From IMG/VR virus record IMGVR_UViG_3300036987_000183: a stretch of DNA of 64,000 nt. The stretch is one strand, 5' to 3'. Position 1 is the stretch's first letter. Each line of letters begins with the position of its first letter. Below are positions 9,957-20,056 of this stretch, piece after piece. The position numbers were made by a program, and so were the translations under genes. Under the pieces are notes generated by a model that was given only the letters and a program-made list of their open reading frames with translations, was not told where the DNA came from and ran no database searches. The DNA comes from an uncultured virus (IMG/VR IMGVR_UViG_3300036987_000183). Its lineage: Duplodnaviria > Heunggongvirae > Uroviricota > Caudoviricetes.

Positions 9957-11577
9957 AACTCCCCCCTCCGACACTACGATTGACGTGCGTGCTCTTGTGG
10001 AAGAGCGCCGGCGCATTGAGGCTATCGCCTTGGCCGAGAAAGAAAAGTCCGACGCGCCGGAGATCACTCCACGAAAGATCAAGCAATGCCTCCAGTCCAA
10101 CGAGCTCGGAGACGGAACCCTCTATGCAGCTCTACACCGTGGCAAATATCTCTACAGTAAAAACACCGCTCAATGGCTCGCCTGGCGTGGCCACCACTGG
10201 GACCTCGATATAATGGACGAAGCCTTTGCCGCGGTTGAAGATGTCGCCCAGCATTACCTGGAAGCAGGACACTCGCTCAAGGACGAAATAGAGCAGCTGC
10301 AGAAAGACGATAAAACCGACGAATCAAAACGCCTCCGGGAGCTGCAAAAAGCCTACTACGGTCGCGTAAAAAAACTCCGCTCCGTCTCCGGAGTCGGCAA
10401 CTGCCTCACCTATAGCCACCGGATCAAAGAGCCGATCGCCATCAAAGGGGACGAAATAGACACCAATCCCTGGCTCCTGGCCTTCACCAACGGCGTGCTC
10501 GACCTCCGCACCGGCAAACTGCGTGACGGTCGCCCGGAAGATTACCTACTCAAAGCCGTCCCGCACGAATGGAAAGGCATCGACTGCCCGGCGCCGAACT
10601 TCCTTGCGTACCTCCACTCTTCCCTCGATGGCCCGCCAGAGCTCAACGCAGATGCCCGCGAGGAATACAGCAAGCAGCTGGTCAGCTTTGTACTGCGTGC
10701 CCTCGGCTACGGCATCACCGGCCTCACGACCGAGCACATGTTTCTGGTCTTCAACGGACCTGGCGGCCGCAACGGCAAAGGCATTCTGGTCGAAACCCTC
10801 CGCCATGTCTTTGGCCCACTGGCCGGACCGATACCCGCCGAAATGCTGCTCGACCAGGGACGTGCCAAGTCCAGCTCCGGGCCATCACCCGACGTCATGG
10901 CACTCAAAGGCTTGCGCCTGGCCTTTGCCTCCGAAACCGACGAGGGCCGGCGCTTCTCACCCGGGCAGGTCAAATGGTATTCCGGCGGTGACACCCTCAC
11001 CGGCCGCTTGCCTCACGACAAGCGCAACACCTGTTTCGACCCGACGCACACGCTGATCCTGCTCACCAATAACCTGCCGCACGCCCCTGGGGACGACTTT
11101 GCCTTCTGGGATCGGCTCAAGCTGGTGCCCTTTCTTTACAGCTTCGTCTCCAATCCGGATCCCGCCAAGCCGAACCAGAAGAAGCGGAACGCCGGTCTCC
11201 GGGAAAAACTCAAAGAAGAAGCCAGCGGCATAGCAGCACTGATCGTCCGTGGCTGTCTCGAGTGGCAGCGGGACGGGCTCAGTCCTCCCTCCATAGTCAC
11301 CAGCGCCACCGAGGAATATCGCATGGACGAGGACACCATCACCCAGTTTGTCGAAGAATGCTGCATCGTGACCAGCGGATCCGATGTTAAGGCAGCCGAT
11401 ATCTACAAAGCCTTCGCCGCCTGGTACCAGGAAAACATCAATGGTGATGAAAAAAGGACACCCAAGCAGAAGAAATTCGGGCAGATGCTAACCAAGCAGT
11501 TCAAGAAAGAGAAGATCGGAGGCGTCGTTAAATACTTCGGCCTCCAGCTCAATAGCGAGTCGCAGGAATCCTTCTAA
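9949..11577 (+). CDS. P4/D5-family primase-helicase (SF3 ATPase)
   Basis: D5_N-like NGVLDLRTG; Walker A GPGGRNGKG; ASETDEG; K..SGGD; TNNLP. Confidence 0.88.
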   Translation: MSETPPSDTTIDVRALVEERRRIEAIALAEKEKSDAPEITPRKIKQCLQSNELGDGTLYAALHRGKYLYSKNTAQWLAWRGHHWDLDIMDEAFAAVEDVAQHYLEAGHSLKDEIEQLQKDDKTDESKRLRELQKAYYGRVKKLRSVSGVGNCLTYSHRIKEPIAIKGDEIDTNPWLLAFTNGVLDLRTGKLRDGRPEDYLLKAVPHEWKGIDCPAPNFLAYLHSSLDGPPELNADAREEYSKQLVSFVLRALGYGITGLTTEHMFLVFNGPGGRNGKGILVETLRHVFGPLAGPIPAEMLLDQGRAKSSSGPSPDVMALKGLRLAFASETDEGRRFSPGQVKWYSGGDTLTGRLPHDKRNTCFDPTHTLILLTNNLPHAPGDDFAFWDRLKLVPFLYSFVSNPDPAKPNQKKRNAGLREKLKEEASGIAALIVRGCLEWQRDGLSPPSIVTSATEEYRMDEDTITQFVEECCIVTSGSDVKAADIYKAFAAWYQENINGDEKRTPKQKKFGQMLTKQFKKEKIGGVVKYFGLQLNSESQESF

Positions 11578-11644
11578 TCTGCAGGACGATCATTGGCCGG
11601 GACCTACCGAATAAGGGGGCGGGCGGCCGCAAAGGAGAATCAGT

Positions 11645-11884
11645 ATGACATGGGAAGCGGTAATAAAAGACCAGACCGGCAAGCGGGGCATAGATGGCGG
11701 AAGCATCTGCCCGGAATGCGCACACGGATCCTTTGTGTTAGACAAGGGCCCTTGCCACATCCCCAGGCTTGCCAGAGTGCTCGGCAACCTGATCACCAGT
11801 ATCGATAAAGGCTCGGATGGCCACACGGCTTCCGGAATGGTGGAGCTGCTCTGCTCCGGATTTGAACCGAAACCGGAGGACTAG
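11645..11884 (+). CDS. Small Cys-containing hypothetical protein
   Basis: AGGAG RBS; CPEC motif. Confidence 0.5.
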   Translation: MTWEAVIKDQTGKRGIDGGSICPECAHGSFVLDKGPCHIPRLARVLGNLITSIDKGSDGHTASGMVELLCSGFEPKPED

Positions 11885-12170
11885 GACCTTTGAGACCATA
11901 GCAAGACCGTGAAAAATCGTCAGTCCTGCTTCTAACTTATTGAAAGTAAAAGCACAAAAACCAGTAGCAGGACTTTAGGACCGAAATGTTTCAAACTTTA
12001 ATTTCTATTTTACGGCGGAGCTTACACTTTTATCAGGAAATAATTCCTTACATCTCCGTCCTATAGTCCTAGTTCGCATGGAAAAAAGAATAATATAAAG
12101 GCTTTAATAGATAAGACAGACGAATTTTCGTCTGTCCTGATCACTCCTGATAGACGTGAAAGGTCCTGGT
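11881..12170. other. Candidate phage replication origin
   Basis: AT-rich gap between helicase and primase with repeated AGGAC/GTCCT words and inverted repeat AGTCCTGCT(11922)/AGCAGGACT(11966). Confidence 0.45.
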
Positions 12171-12178
12171 AGGGAACT

Positions 12179-13651
12179 ATGACACTCCTCGAATTAGCAC
12201 AAAGCAAAGTACCGATGCGGAAAGTGACCGCCAACGAATGGCACGGGCCCTGTCCGTCGTGCGGAACAAAGCACAGCAACCCGGCTTTTTCCGACCGTTT
12301 CAGCGTAAAAATCAAAGCGGACGGAGAAGACCGCTGGTATTGCCGGGACTGCGGTAATGGCGACGCTATCGCCTTTCTCATGCAGTTTGAGGGCCTTTCC
12401 TTTCCCGCGGCCTGCAAGACCCTGGGAAAACCGCTTCCCGAAAACGAAGAATACCAGGCCCCACACTTCCGGTCGCCTGCCGCCGAAACCTTCCAGCCGC
12501 GCACGGTAGCGGCACCCGCCGACCTCTGGCGCGAACATGCCGAAAAGTTCCTCGCTTGGACAAACCAGCAACTGATCGACCTGGGCGAAGGCCCCGGCAC
12601 TCCCCTTCACTACCTGGCCGGGCGAGGCATCAACAAAGAAACCGCCATCGCGCAGCGCCTCGGCTGGAACCCAGGCGAAAAAGGCAAAGACTGCTACCGG
12701 GCACGGGAAGCTTGGGGACTGGAAACCGTCATGAAAGGAGACAAAAAGAAAAAGCTCTGGCTGCCGATCGGCCTCGTCATACCCTTCCATGTCGGAGGCA
12801 TACTCCGCCGCCTGCGGATCCGCATCCCCAAAGAGCGCCGCACCGCTGAATTCTCCACGCCCTACTACATCGTGCCCGGCTCGGCCATGGACACCTTCGT
12901 TTGCGGCGAGAACGCCAAAGCATACGTCATCACCGAGGCAGAGCTCGACGCCATCCTGGTTGCGCAGGAGGCCGCAGGGCTGTCCGTCGGGACCATGGCC
13001 ATGGGGAACGACTCCGCCAAGCCCACCGACGCAGCACACGCCATGCTGGCCGCCTCCCTACACATTTCCAACGCCCTCGACTATGACTTTTGCCAAGGCA
13101 GTGCCAGCAACCCGGGCGGAGTCGCCTGGCTCTGGTGGAAAAAACACTTCCCCCAGGCAGAGCGCTGGCCGGTACCGGCCGGCAAGGATCCGGGAGATTC
13201 ATATCAAGCCGGAATAAACATTCGCGAATGGGTGATCGCCGGGCTGCCGCCGGTCCTTACCCTGCCACCCAAGGAGGAGACTGTTGTTAATTTACCCAAG
13301 AGTGTCAGCGTCGACAGTGGTGTGGATACCCCTAACAATAACGGACTACCCGTTAACGAGTGTGTGGATAAGAACCCGGAAGAGGACCCGATTCAAGTCG
13401 ATTATCTCCGAGGCAAAAGCGAGAACGGCCACATTTTTTTCATCACAGACAATGCGGAAAGCCGGTCGAAACTGGCGGAGAAATTCCCGGGCAAAGCCAT
13501 ATTCACCCATGCCGAGATCGAGCTGCTTAAAGACTGCAGCGCCGAACAGGCTGAAAAATACATCATCATCAAGGAAACCCGAGGAGTTGCCGCCGCAATC
13601 TTCACCACCGCGCAGCTCGCGCAGGCCGAAAAGGTTTCCGCGGCGCCGTAG
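12179..13651 (+). CDS. DNA primase-like protein (CHC2 zinc finger plus TOPRIM)
   Basis: GPCPSCG...DRF...WYCRDCG.GDAI; ITEAELDA; ALDYD; GKDPGD. Confidence 0.82.
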   Translation: MTLLELAQSKVPMRKVTANEWHGPCPSCGTKHSNPAFSDRFSVKIKADGEDRWYCRDCGNGDAIAFLMQFEGLSFPAACKTLGKPLPENEEYQAPHFRSPAAETFQPRTVAAPADLWREHAEKFLAWTNQQLIDLGEGPGTPLHYLAGRGINKETAIAQRLGWNPGEKGKDCYRAREAWGLETVMKGDKKKKLWLPIGLVIPFHVGGILRRLRIRIPKERRTAEFSTPYYIVPGSAMDTFVCGENAKAYVITEAELDAILVAQEAAGLSVGTMAMGNDSAKPTDAAHAMLAASLHISNALDYDFCQGSASNPGGVAWLWWKKHFPQAERWPVPAGKDPGDSYQAGINIREWVIAGLPPVLTLPPKEETVVNLPKSVSVDSGVDTPNNNGLPVNECVDKNPEEDPIQVDYLRGKSENGHIFFITDNAESRSKLAEKFPGKAIFTHAEIELLKDCSAEQAEKYIIIKETRGVAAAIFTTAQLAQAEKVSAAP

Positions 13652-13686
13652 CCGGGTACCGGAAATAGATCCAGGAGAAACAGACC

Positions 13687-14820
13687 ATGAAATTCACGAT
13701 AAATCAAAAACTCTTCTGCGCCGCACTCTCCCGCGTCCAGGGCATCACCGGCAGCAGGCTCACCATGCCGATCCTGGCCAACGTGCTGCTCAGCACCTCG
13801 GCACCCCTGCCCTTACTCCACATCAGCGTCAGTGACCTGGAAGTCGGCTACACCACCGTCATCGACTGCAATGACATCGAAACACCCGGCAGCATCACCG
13901 TGCCGGCTAAAAAAATCTATGAAGTCGTCAAAGGAGCACCCACCGGAGAAATAAGCTTCTCGCTCGATCCCGCAAACAACCGGGTCACCATCGAAGCCGG
14001 AACATTCGTAACCACCCTGGCAGGTTTGCCCGCAGACGAATTTCCCGAAGTGAACAGGGTTGACGGGGAAGATCTCGAGCTCGATGCCGCCGCCCTCCTG
14101 CGCCTGATCGGCCACGTCGACTATGCCCAGTGTGCTGCCCCGGAAAAATACAACATCTGCGGAGTATTCCTGCAGATCAAAGACGATGACGAAGGGTGCA
14201 GCCGCCTCTACGCCGCCGCCACCGACGGCCACCGCCTGGCAGCCGACAGCGTGCCCCTGCCCGGAGATCCGCGTGTCATCCCGGCCGATCTCGCCAAAGG
14301 AATCATCATCCCCCGCAAGGGCATCGCCGAACTGAAAAAAATATCGCCCGAAGGCGTGTTGATCCTGCAGATCCTTGGTAACAACCTGTCCATCTCAACG
14401 GAAAACGAGACCTTCACCCTGCGTCTGGTCGACGGACAGTTTCCCGACATCCAGCGGATAATCCCGACAAAGATACTCGGCAGCGCCCATTTCAACCGGC
14501 AACCGCTGATCGATGCCCTCGACAGGGTGTCCCTGCTCAGTGAAGGCAAATCCCACGCGGTAACCCTCTCGTTTGACGACGGACATATCCAGCTCGATTC
14601 CCAGAATCCGGAGCTCGGAGAAGCGCATGACCGGGTTGCCGCCGCCCTCGAAGGTGAGCTGTCCTATCGCAAACTCAATGCCGCCTACCTGGTTCAGGCG
14701 CTCTCCGTCTGGGATTGCGGTGTAGTGCAGATCAACCTGGCCGGTGATCTCGACCCGATACTGGTAACGCCCTACGGCGAAACGGAGCCACTTGCCGTCA
14801 TCATGCCGTTGCGAGGATAG
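13687..14820 (+). CDS. dnaN: DNA polymerase III beta subunit (sliding clamp), phage-encoded
   Basis: 377 aa; MPILANVLL, ATDGHRLA, LVDGQFPD, C-terminal VIMPLR. Confidence 0.9.
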   Translation: MKFTINQKLFCAALSRVQGITGSRLTMPILANVLLSTSAPLPLLHISVSDLEVGYTTVIDCNDIETPGSITVPAKKIYEVVKGAPTGEISFSLDPANNRVTIEAGTFVTTLAGLPADEFPEVNRVDGEDLELDAAALLRLIGHVDYAQCAAPEKYNICGVFLQIKDDDEGCSRLYAAATDGHRLAADSVPLPGDPRVIPADLAKGIIIPRKGIAELKKISPEGVLILQILGNNLSISTENETFTLRLVDGQFPDIQRIIPTKILGSAHFNRQPLIDALDRVSLLSEGKSHAVTLSFDDGHIQLDSQNPELGEAHDRVAAALEGELSYRKLNAAYLVQALSVWDCGVVQINLAGDLDPILVTPYGETEPLAVIMPLRG

Positions 14821-14831
14821 GAAGGAAACCC

Positions 14832-15095
14832 ATGCCATTCACCGACGTTCCGAAAAACCTGGAGATACTTGCCGAAGAGTGCGCCGAAGTCATTCAGATC
14901 AAATCGAAAATCATTCGATTCGGCATCGATGACTATCACCCCAAGAACGGAGCACCCAACCGGCAGGCCCTTGAAACAGAATGCGGCCATGTCCTGGCTA
15001 TGATCGAAATCCTGGTAAAGAACGGGCTGCTTACTCAGAAAGGGATCGATGAGGCCAAAGAGCTGAAAAAAATAAAAATGAGGGCATGGTACTGA
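14832..15095 (+). CDS. MazG-like nucleotide pyrophosphohydrolase domain protein
   Basis: LAEECAEVIQ...LETECGHV motif. Confidence 0.55.
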   Translation: MPFTDVPKNLEILAEECAEVIQIKSKIIRFGIDDYHPKNGAPNRQALETECGHVLAMIEILVKNGLLTQKGIDEAKELKKIKMRAWY

Positions 15096-15096
15096 G

Positions 15097-15789
15097 ATGA
15101 GCGACATCACCACCGAAGAACAGATCCTCATCGACGCAGTCGACAAAACCGGGCAGGCCTACCAGGAAAGCCCCACCGTCGTCAACCTCCGTGAATGGAA
15201 CGCAGCCAAAGCCGCCCTGGAAAAATACCGGAAAGCCCTGACAGAAACAACCGAAGGCCAGCGCTTTCGCAGTATCGCCGAGGTTGCCCGCTTCCTTATC
15301 CGGCAGGGCTACAAAGTCCAGGAGCGCACCCTCCGCAACCACCACAAGTCAGGCCTCTTCCCTGTTCATGTCGGCGGAGAATTCCGGCAGCAGGATATCG
15401 AAGCCTATGCGGAAAAAAACCTCAAGCGGCCCGGCTACGAAGGTCAGGGCACCGGCGGCACCCCGACCGCCAAAGACCGACTGGCCGAAGCAATGGCCGA
15501 CGGCAAAGAACTCGACAACAAGAAAAAACGCGGAGAGCTGATCGACGCCGCCGAAGAAGAAGCACGCGATGCCAAACTCTGGCGGGCAGTGCGTGCCGAC
15601 ATTGAAAACTACGCCCCGGCCATCATCACCGAACTGGTGGAAAGGGTCCTCTCCTGCGACCCGCCCGAGGAGCTGCGCCACCGAATCACCACCCTGATCC
15701 CGGAGCTCCGCGTAACCTACGAAGACTTTATCGCCGAAATGTTCGACCGCTATGCCCGTGATGGTGGGGTGGCGGTTGAAACAGCATGA
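15097..15789 (+). CDS. Probable terminase small subunit (Nu1-like)
   Basis: HTH-like central region followed by LDNKKKRGELID coiled segment; upstream of GpA. Confidence 0.5.
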   Translation: MSDITTEEQILIDAVDKTGQAYQESPTVVNLREWNAAKAALEKYRKALTETTEGQRFRSIAEVARFLIRQGYKVQERTLRNHHKSGLFPVHVGGEFRQQDIEAYAEKNLKRPGYEGQGTGGTPTAKDRLAEAMADGKELDNKKKRGELIDAAEEEARDAKLWRAVRADIENYAPAIITELVERVLSCDPPEELRHRITTLIPELRVTYEDFIAEMFDRYARDGGVAVETA

Positions 15790-15911
15790 AGCATAAATGT
15801 CCCTACCGGTGCCCGGTCTCCAGTTGGCGATACTGCTGCTGGCATTGTAAGGAAGTAGATGATTGTGAAAACAGGTGTCGGAGCTGTTTGACGGGTAGGT
15901 GCTGGAAGTAA
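15786..15911 (+). CDS. 41-aa Cys-rich peptide
   Basis: MKHKCPYRCPVSSWRYCCWHCKEVDDCENRCRSCLTGRCWK; ATGA overlap with the upstream stop. Confidence 0.5.
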   Translation: MKHKCPYRCPVSSWRYCCWHCKEVDDCENRCRSCLTGRCWK

Positions 15912-15943
15912 CTGCACGTTGTTAGCGTGAGAAGGGGATAACA

Positions 15944-16909
15944 GTGTCAACGAAAATATCATGGTGCGACGAAACAATAAACCCAGTCGTTGGGTGCTCC
16001 AAAATCAGCGAAGGCTGCCAGAACTGCTACGCTGAAAACATGGCTGCTCGGCTGGCCTCGATGGGCTTTGTTCAATACCGAGCTGTGACATCATCACGCC
16101 GCTGGAACGGTCGAGCTGAGTTTGTCCCTTCAGAGCTGCAAAAACCGGATAAATGGAAAAAACCTCGAAGCATCTTCGTTTGCAGTATGGGTGACCTGTT
16201 CCATGAGTGGGTACAGCCCGAATGGATCGACAGGGTGATGAGGATGGCATGGAATAATAAACGCCACACTTTCATTCTGCTGACAAAGCGTCCGGAAAAC
16301 ATGCTTAAGTATTTCATTGGATTAGCCAAGCCAGGCACTGGCACCGACACCGCGAAAAGATTGCTCATGAACCCGAACTACACCCAGCAAGACCACGGTT
16401 GGCACATGCGGTATTTACGGGGAGACTCATTGCAGAATCTTGTTTTGGGTGTGTCCGCGGAAAATCAGGGAGCGGCTGACAAGCGTATTGGGCTTTTACT
16501 CCAAACTCCAGCTGCAAAGCGGTTTGTCTCGCTGGAGCCGATGATAGGACCGGTTGATTTGGATAGAATCCATGAGGCTGGTGAAGGTGAGGAAGGGTCA
16601 CATTGGGAAAGCTGGGAAAGCTGTATCGACGGCAAACGATTTGACCCATGGTCTGAAGGATGGATAAACGGTTTTCCGAGGCTCGATGGCGTAATCCTTG
16701 GCGGAGAATCCGGCAGGAGCGGCCGCCGTCTTGAACCTCAATGGGCAATGAAGGTTCGCGATCAATGCCACGCTGCCGGGGTGCCTTTTATGTTCAAGCA
16801 ATGGCACCACGAAAACAGAAACGAGGTCAACCCGAGCACCGGCTTTCCTTTGTTGGGGAGTTGTACTCATTCGGAATTGGCTTGGGCAGTTAATAGAAAG
16901 GAGAGTTGA
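15944..16909 (+). CDS. Phage Gp37/Gp68 (DUF5131) family protein
   Basis: ISWCD..NP..GCSKISEGCQNCYA, SMGDLFH, LTKRPE, GGESG, FMFKQW. Confidence 0.88.
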   Translation: MSTKISWCDETINPVVGCSKISEGCQNCYAENMAARLASMGFVQYRAVTSSRRWNGRAEFVPSELQKPDKWKKPRSIFVCSMGDLFHEWVQPEWIDRVMRMAWNNKRHTFILLTKRPENMLKYFIGLAKPGTGTDTAKRLLMNPNYTQQDHGWHMRYLRGDSLQNLVLGVSAENQGAADKRIGLLLQTPAAKRFVSLEPMIGPVDLDRIHEAGEGEEGSHWESWESCIDGKRFDPWSEGWINGFPRLDGVILGGESGRSGRRLEPQWAMKVRDQCHAAGVPFMFKQWHHENRNEVNPSTGFPLLGSCTHSELAWAVNRKES

Positions 16910-16910
16910 A

Positions 16911-17886
16911 GTGACAGCGCAACATCGCCAATGGCTACAGAAGCGCCGGGGAGAAGAATATCCATGGATGAATGATGACCAGTTTGAGTGCTGGTGTATG
17001 TTCTGCGAACTCTTGCACGGAGGGAATCACCAATTCGGCAAGATTAAGCCAGCAGGGCCGGATGGAATCACTGTTGATGAACACGCGGCGGGAGGTTGGG
17101 GTACCTACGATTTTGACCACCTGACCCGGGCCGTTGTCCTGGCCCATGATCGTTGCATCCGGTTTTATATAAGTCCACGTAACTCACAGAAACTCCGCTT
17201 CCACCTTCACAAAAGGAACGCAAGGGATGGGGGTATCATGATCAAGCATCCGACATTAGAGGAAGCTGTAGAGAAAATACGGAAAACAAGCTAACGATAA
17301 GTCTGGCGCCGCCTCACGGGTCGAGGCGCTGGTTATCACTTTCAAAAGGAAACTGAAATGACACAAGAAGAAATCGACAGAATCTTAGAAATCATGGAAT
17401 CAACGGCTAACACACTGCGGGGAATAACACTTGATCCTGCAATCCCGAAACACGTTAAAGATTGTTTCTGGCCCCTCATTGCAAAACTTGAAGGCGAAGT
17501 GGCGATGCACGTTTAGCGATAACAAGGCATTATCCAAATAACACAAGGAACGCATCATGCCAAATTGGGTTAAATACCGATCAGAACAGGCAAAAAGAGC
17601 ACGGAGCGAAAAAGCAAGCCGTGCCGCAAATGCCCGATGGGAGCAATACCACGCCTGCCTTTCTGATCAACCAATTATGCAGGACCTGCCTGATGACTGC
17701 TTCCGCATAACCGTCGAGAATCTGATAACCAAAAAAACCGAAGTGTTGCTGTTTCATCCTGGCGGGAAGTCTGGCCGTTTCCACATCGATGTCAACGGGA
17801 AATACTGGAAAACCTGCGGCTGGACTGACGCCACTGTCAGGATCCGCAAGAGCTGCAAAAGAATGTTTAACCCGAGGATAATTTGA
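16911..17886 (+). other. Three accessory hypothetical genes (16911-17294, 17358-17516, 17557-17886)
   Basis: Lower-GC ORFs with RBSs between the small and large terminase genes. Confidence 0.55.
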
Positions 17887-19778
17887 ACACAGCCCCGCAA
17901 CCGACATTCGAATTCATCCCCTTCCGCCCGGCGGAAGTAAAAGCCTTCCGCCGGCGCAAGCGCCTTCCCGGCCCCCAGTGGGCGGAAAAAAATATCTACG
18001 TCCCGGCCGGGTCTCGCCAGGGGCTCTACCGCAACCACAATAATCCGCCCCTCTACGGCATCCTCGAAATTGCCGGGCGGCCGCATGTCCGCACCGTGGT
18101 GCTCGCCAAAGGGATCCAGACCGGCGGGACCCTCGGCTTTTATATCCTGCTGCTTCGCGAGGCCGACTATTCCAGCGGCGGTGACAACGCCCTGATCGTC
18201 ATGGCCGACGAGCGCTCGGTCAAGAAGCTGAGCAAGAAGCGCCTGCAGCGGATGATCGACCTGAGCCCGACCCTTGCCGCCATCAAGAGCAGCAACCCGG
18301 ACGATACCACCATCTACTCCATCACCCTGGCCGACGGCTTCACCATCGACATCGGCTGGGCCTCCTCCGAGATGAGCGTCTCCTCCGAGTCGTACCGGGT
18401 CCTCATCCTGGACGAAATCAGCAAGTACAAAGTCCGCGGCAACATCGAGGATGCCAAGGGCCGCACCACCGTCTATCCCGACACCAAAAAACAATTCATC
18501 TTCTCTTCCCCGGCCATCGACTCCGATGATCCGGAAAAGCGCGATCCGCTCATGGAAGAGGCTGAATCCTGCGACGTGATGCTGGATTATCATGTCAAGT
18601 GCCCCGACTGCGGTGTCGAGCAGGTGATGATCTTCGAAAACATCAAATGGCCCCGCCAGGAAGGTTTACTGCCCGGCTCCGCCATCGAGGATCCCAAAGC
18701 GATCCGCCGGCACAAAACCGCCTGGTATGAATGCCCCCATTGTCACGGCCGCTGGAACGATTACAAACGCGACAAGGCTGTGCTCGCCGCCATGAAGCAT
18801 GGCTGGAAACCGACCGAACCGGGAATCGATTTTCCGCAATCGGTCTACTTCCATTACCCCGGCTGGCTCTCGCCCTACATGTCCCTGTCCGAAGTAGCCG
18901 CCCGCTGGATCGAGGCCCAGGGTGATGAGGAGAAACTCCAGAAATGGTACAACCTGGTCGCAGGGGTATCCTACCGCCACGAGAAAAAAGACCGGCCGCA
19001 CTCTGCTATCCTGGCCCTGCGCGACGATCGCCCCGAGGGGCTGGTGCCGTCGGTCCCCATTGCCGCCATCTCCTGCATTGCCGACATGCAGAAGCGCGGA
19101 CTCTGGTACAAGATCACCGCCTGGGGCTACGGCCTCGAGCAGGAAAGCTGGACGCTCAAAACCGGCTATGTCGACTCCTGGGAGGCCCTGCGCCAGATCA
19201 TGTTCGACTCGCAGTTTGAAGACATCAACAAAAATACCTACAACGTAACCCTGCGCGGGCTGGACTCGGGCGGCGGAGAAGGCGAAGAACACTCCGATCT
19301 CTCCCGCACCGCCGAGGCCTACCTGTTCGCCGCCGCCAATCCCGGCGTAATACTCTTCAAAGGCCGCCGCCGCATGACTCGGCAGCACAACGTCACGAAT
19401 CTCGACCGACTCCCCGGGACCAACAAGCCGCTGCCCGGCTCCGCGAAGCTCTACACGATTCACTCGACTTTCTTCAAGGACAAGCTGGCCGGAAAACTCC
19501 TGGTGTCCCCGACTGATCCCGGCTCCTGGCACCTGCATCAAGACATCGATGAGGATTTCGCCAAGCAGATGTGCGTCGAATTCCGTAACTCACAGGGGTT
19601 CTGGGAATGCCCCAAAAACAAGGCGAACCACTACTGGGACTGCAGCTATATGGAGATGGCGCTGGTGGAGATTGCCCAAGTTAAATTCTGGAAGCATGCT
19701 GTGGAGCCACAAGCAAAACCGCAGCAGGCACCGCCATCGCCCGGCGGCAACCGGCCAAGCTGGTTTAACAACCGATAG
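17883..19778 (+). CDS. Terminase large subunit, GpA family
   Basis: QWAEKN, KGIQTGGT (variant Walker A), ILDEISKY, CPDCG/CPHC, C-terminal NHYWDC. Confidence 0.88.
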   Translation: MNTAPQPTFEFIPFRPAEVKAFRRRKRLPGPQWAEKNIYVPAGSRQGLYRNHNNPPLYGILEIAGRPHVRTVVLAKGIQTGGTLGFYILLLREADYSSGGDNALIVMADERSVKKLSKKRLQRMIDLSPTLAAIKSSNPDDTTIYSITLADGFTIDIGWASSEMSVSSESYRVLILDEISKYKVRGNIEDAKGRTTVYPDTKKQFIFSSPAIDSDDPEKRDPLMEEAESCDVMLDYHVKCPDCGVEQVMIFENIKWPRQEGLLPGSAIEDPKAIRRHKTAWYECPHCHGRWNDYKRDKAVLAAMKHGWKPTEPGIDFPQSVYFHYPGWLSPYMSLSEVAARWIEAQGDEEKLQKWYNLVAGVSYRHEKKDRPHSAILALRDDRPEGLVPSVPIAAISCIADMQKRGLWYKITAWGYGLEQESWTLKTGYVDSWEALRQIMFDSQFEDINKNTYNVTLRGLDSGGGEGEEHSDLSRTAEAYLFAAANPGVILFKGRRRMTRQHNVTNLDRLPGTNKPLPGSAKLYTIHSTFFKDKLAGKLLVSPTDPGSWHLHQDIDEDFAKQMCVEFRNSQGFWECPKNKANHYWDCSYMEMALVEIAQVKFWKHAVEPQAKPQQAPPSPGGNRPSWFNNR

Positions 19779-19785
19779 ATTAGGT

Positions 19786-19813
19786 TTCATACTTCATCCT
19801 TCATCCTTCATAC
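19786..19813 (+). repeat. TTCATNN heptamer tandem array (x4)
   Basis: TTCATAC TTCATCC TTCATCC TTCATAC immediately after the terminase stop. Confidence 0.85.
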
Positions 19814-19837
19814 TTTTTATTTTTTCCGGAGGCAGAA

Positions 19838-20056
19838 ATGCAGCAGTCGTTTCGCAGGGAAGACACCCTCACCGTAAAGCAGATATGGAAAGAGCTCGAC
19901 CGCAAGATTTCCATCCGCAAAATCTACTACCTCATCGAAAGCGGAGAGTTTGGCGAGGGCAACGTCTACCGCTTCGCCGGAAGTCGCGGCACCTGCGTTA
20001 CGAAAGATGCCGTGCTGGCGTATAAGGATGGTTGCCGGTTGGATGTGGGGGTTTAG
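19838..20056 (+). CDS. Small Xis/MerR-like HTH protein (candidate late activator)
   Basis: LTVKQIW...ISIRKIYYLIESG; GGAGG RBS. Confidence 0.65.
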   Translation: MQQSFRREDTLTVKQIWKELDRKISIRKIYYLIESGEFGEGNVYRFAGSRGTCVTKDAVLAYKDGCRLDVGV

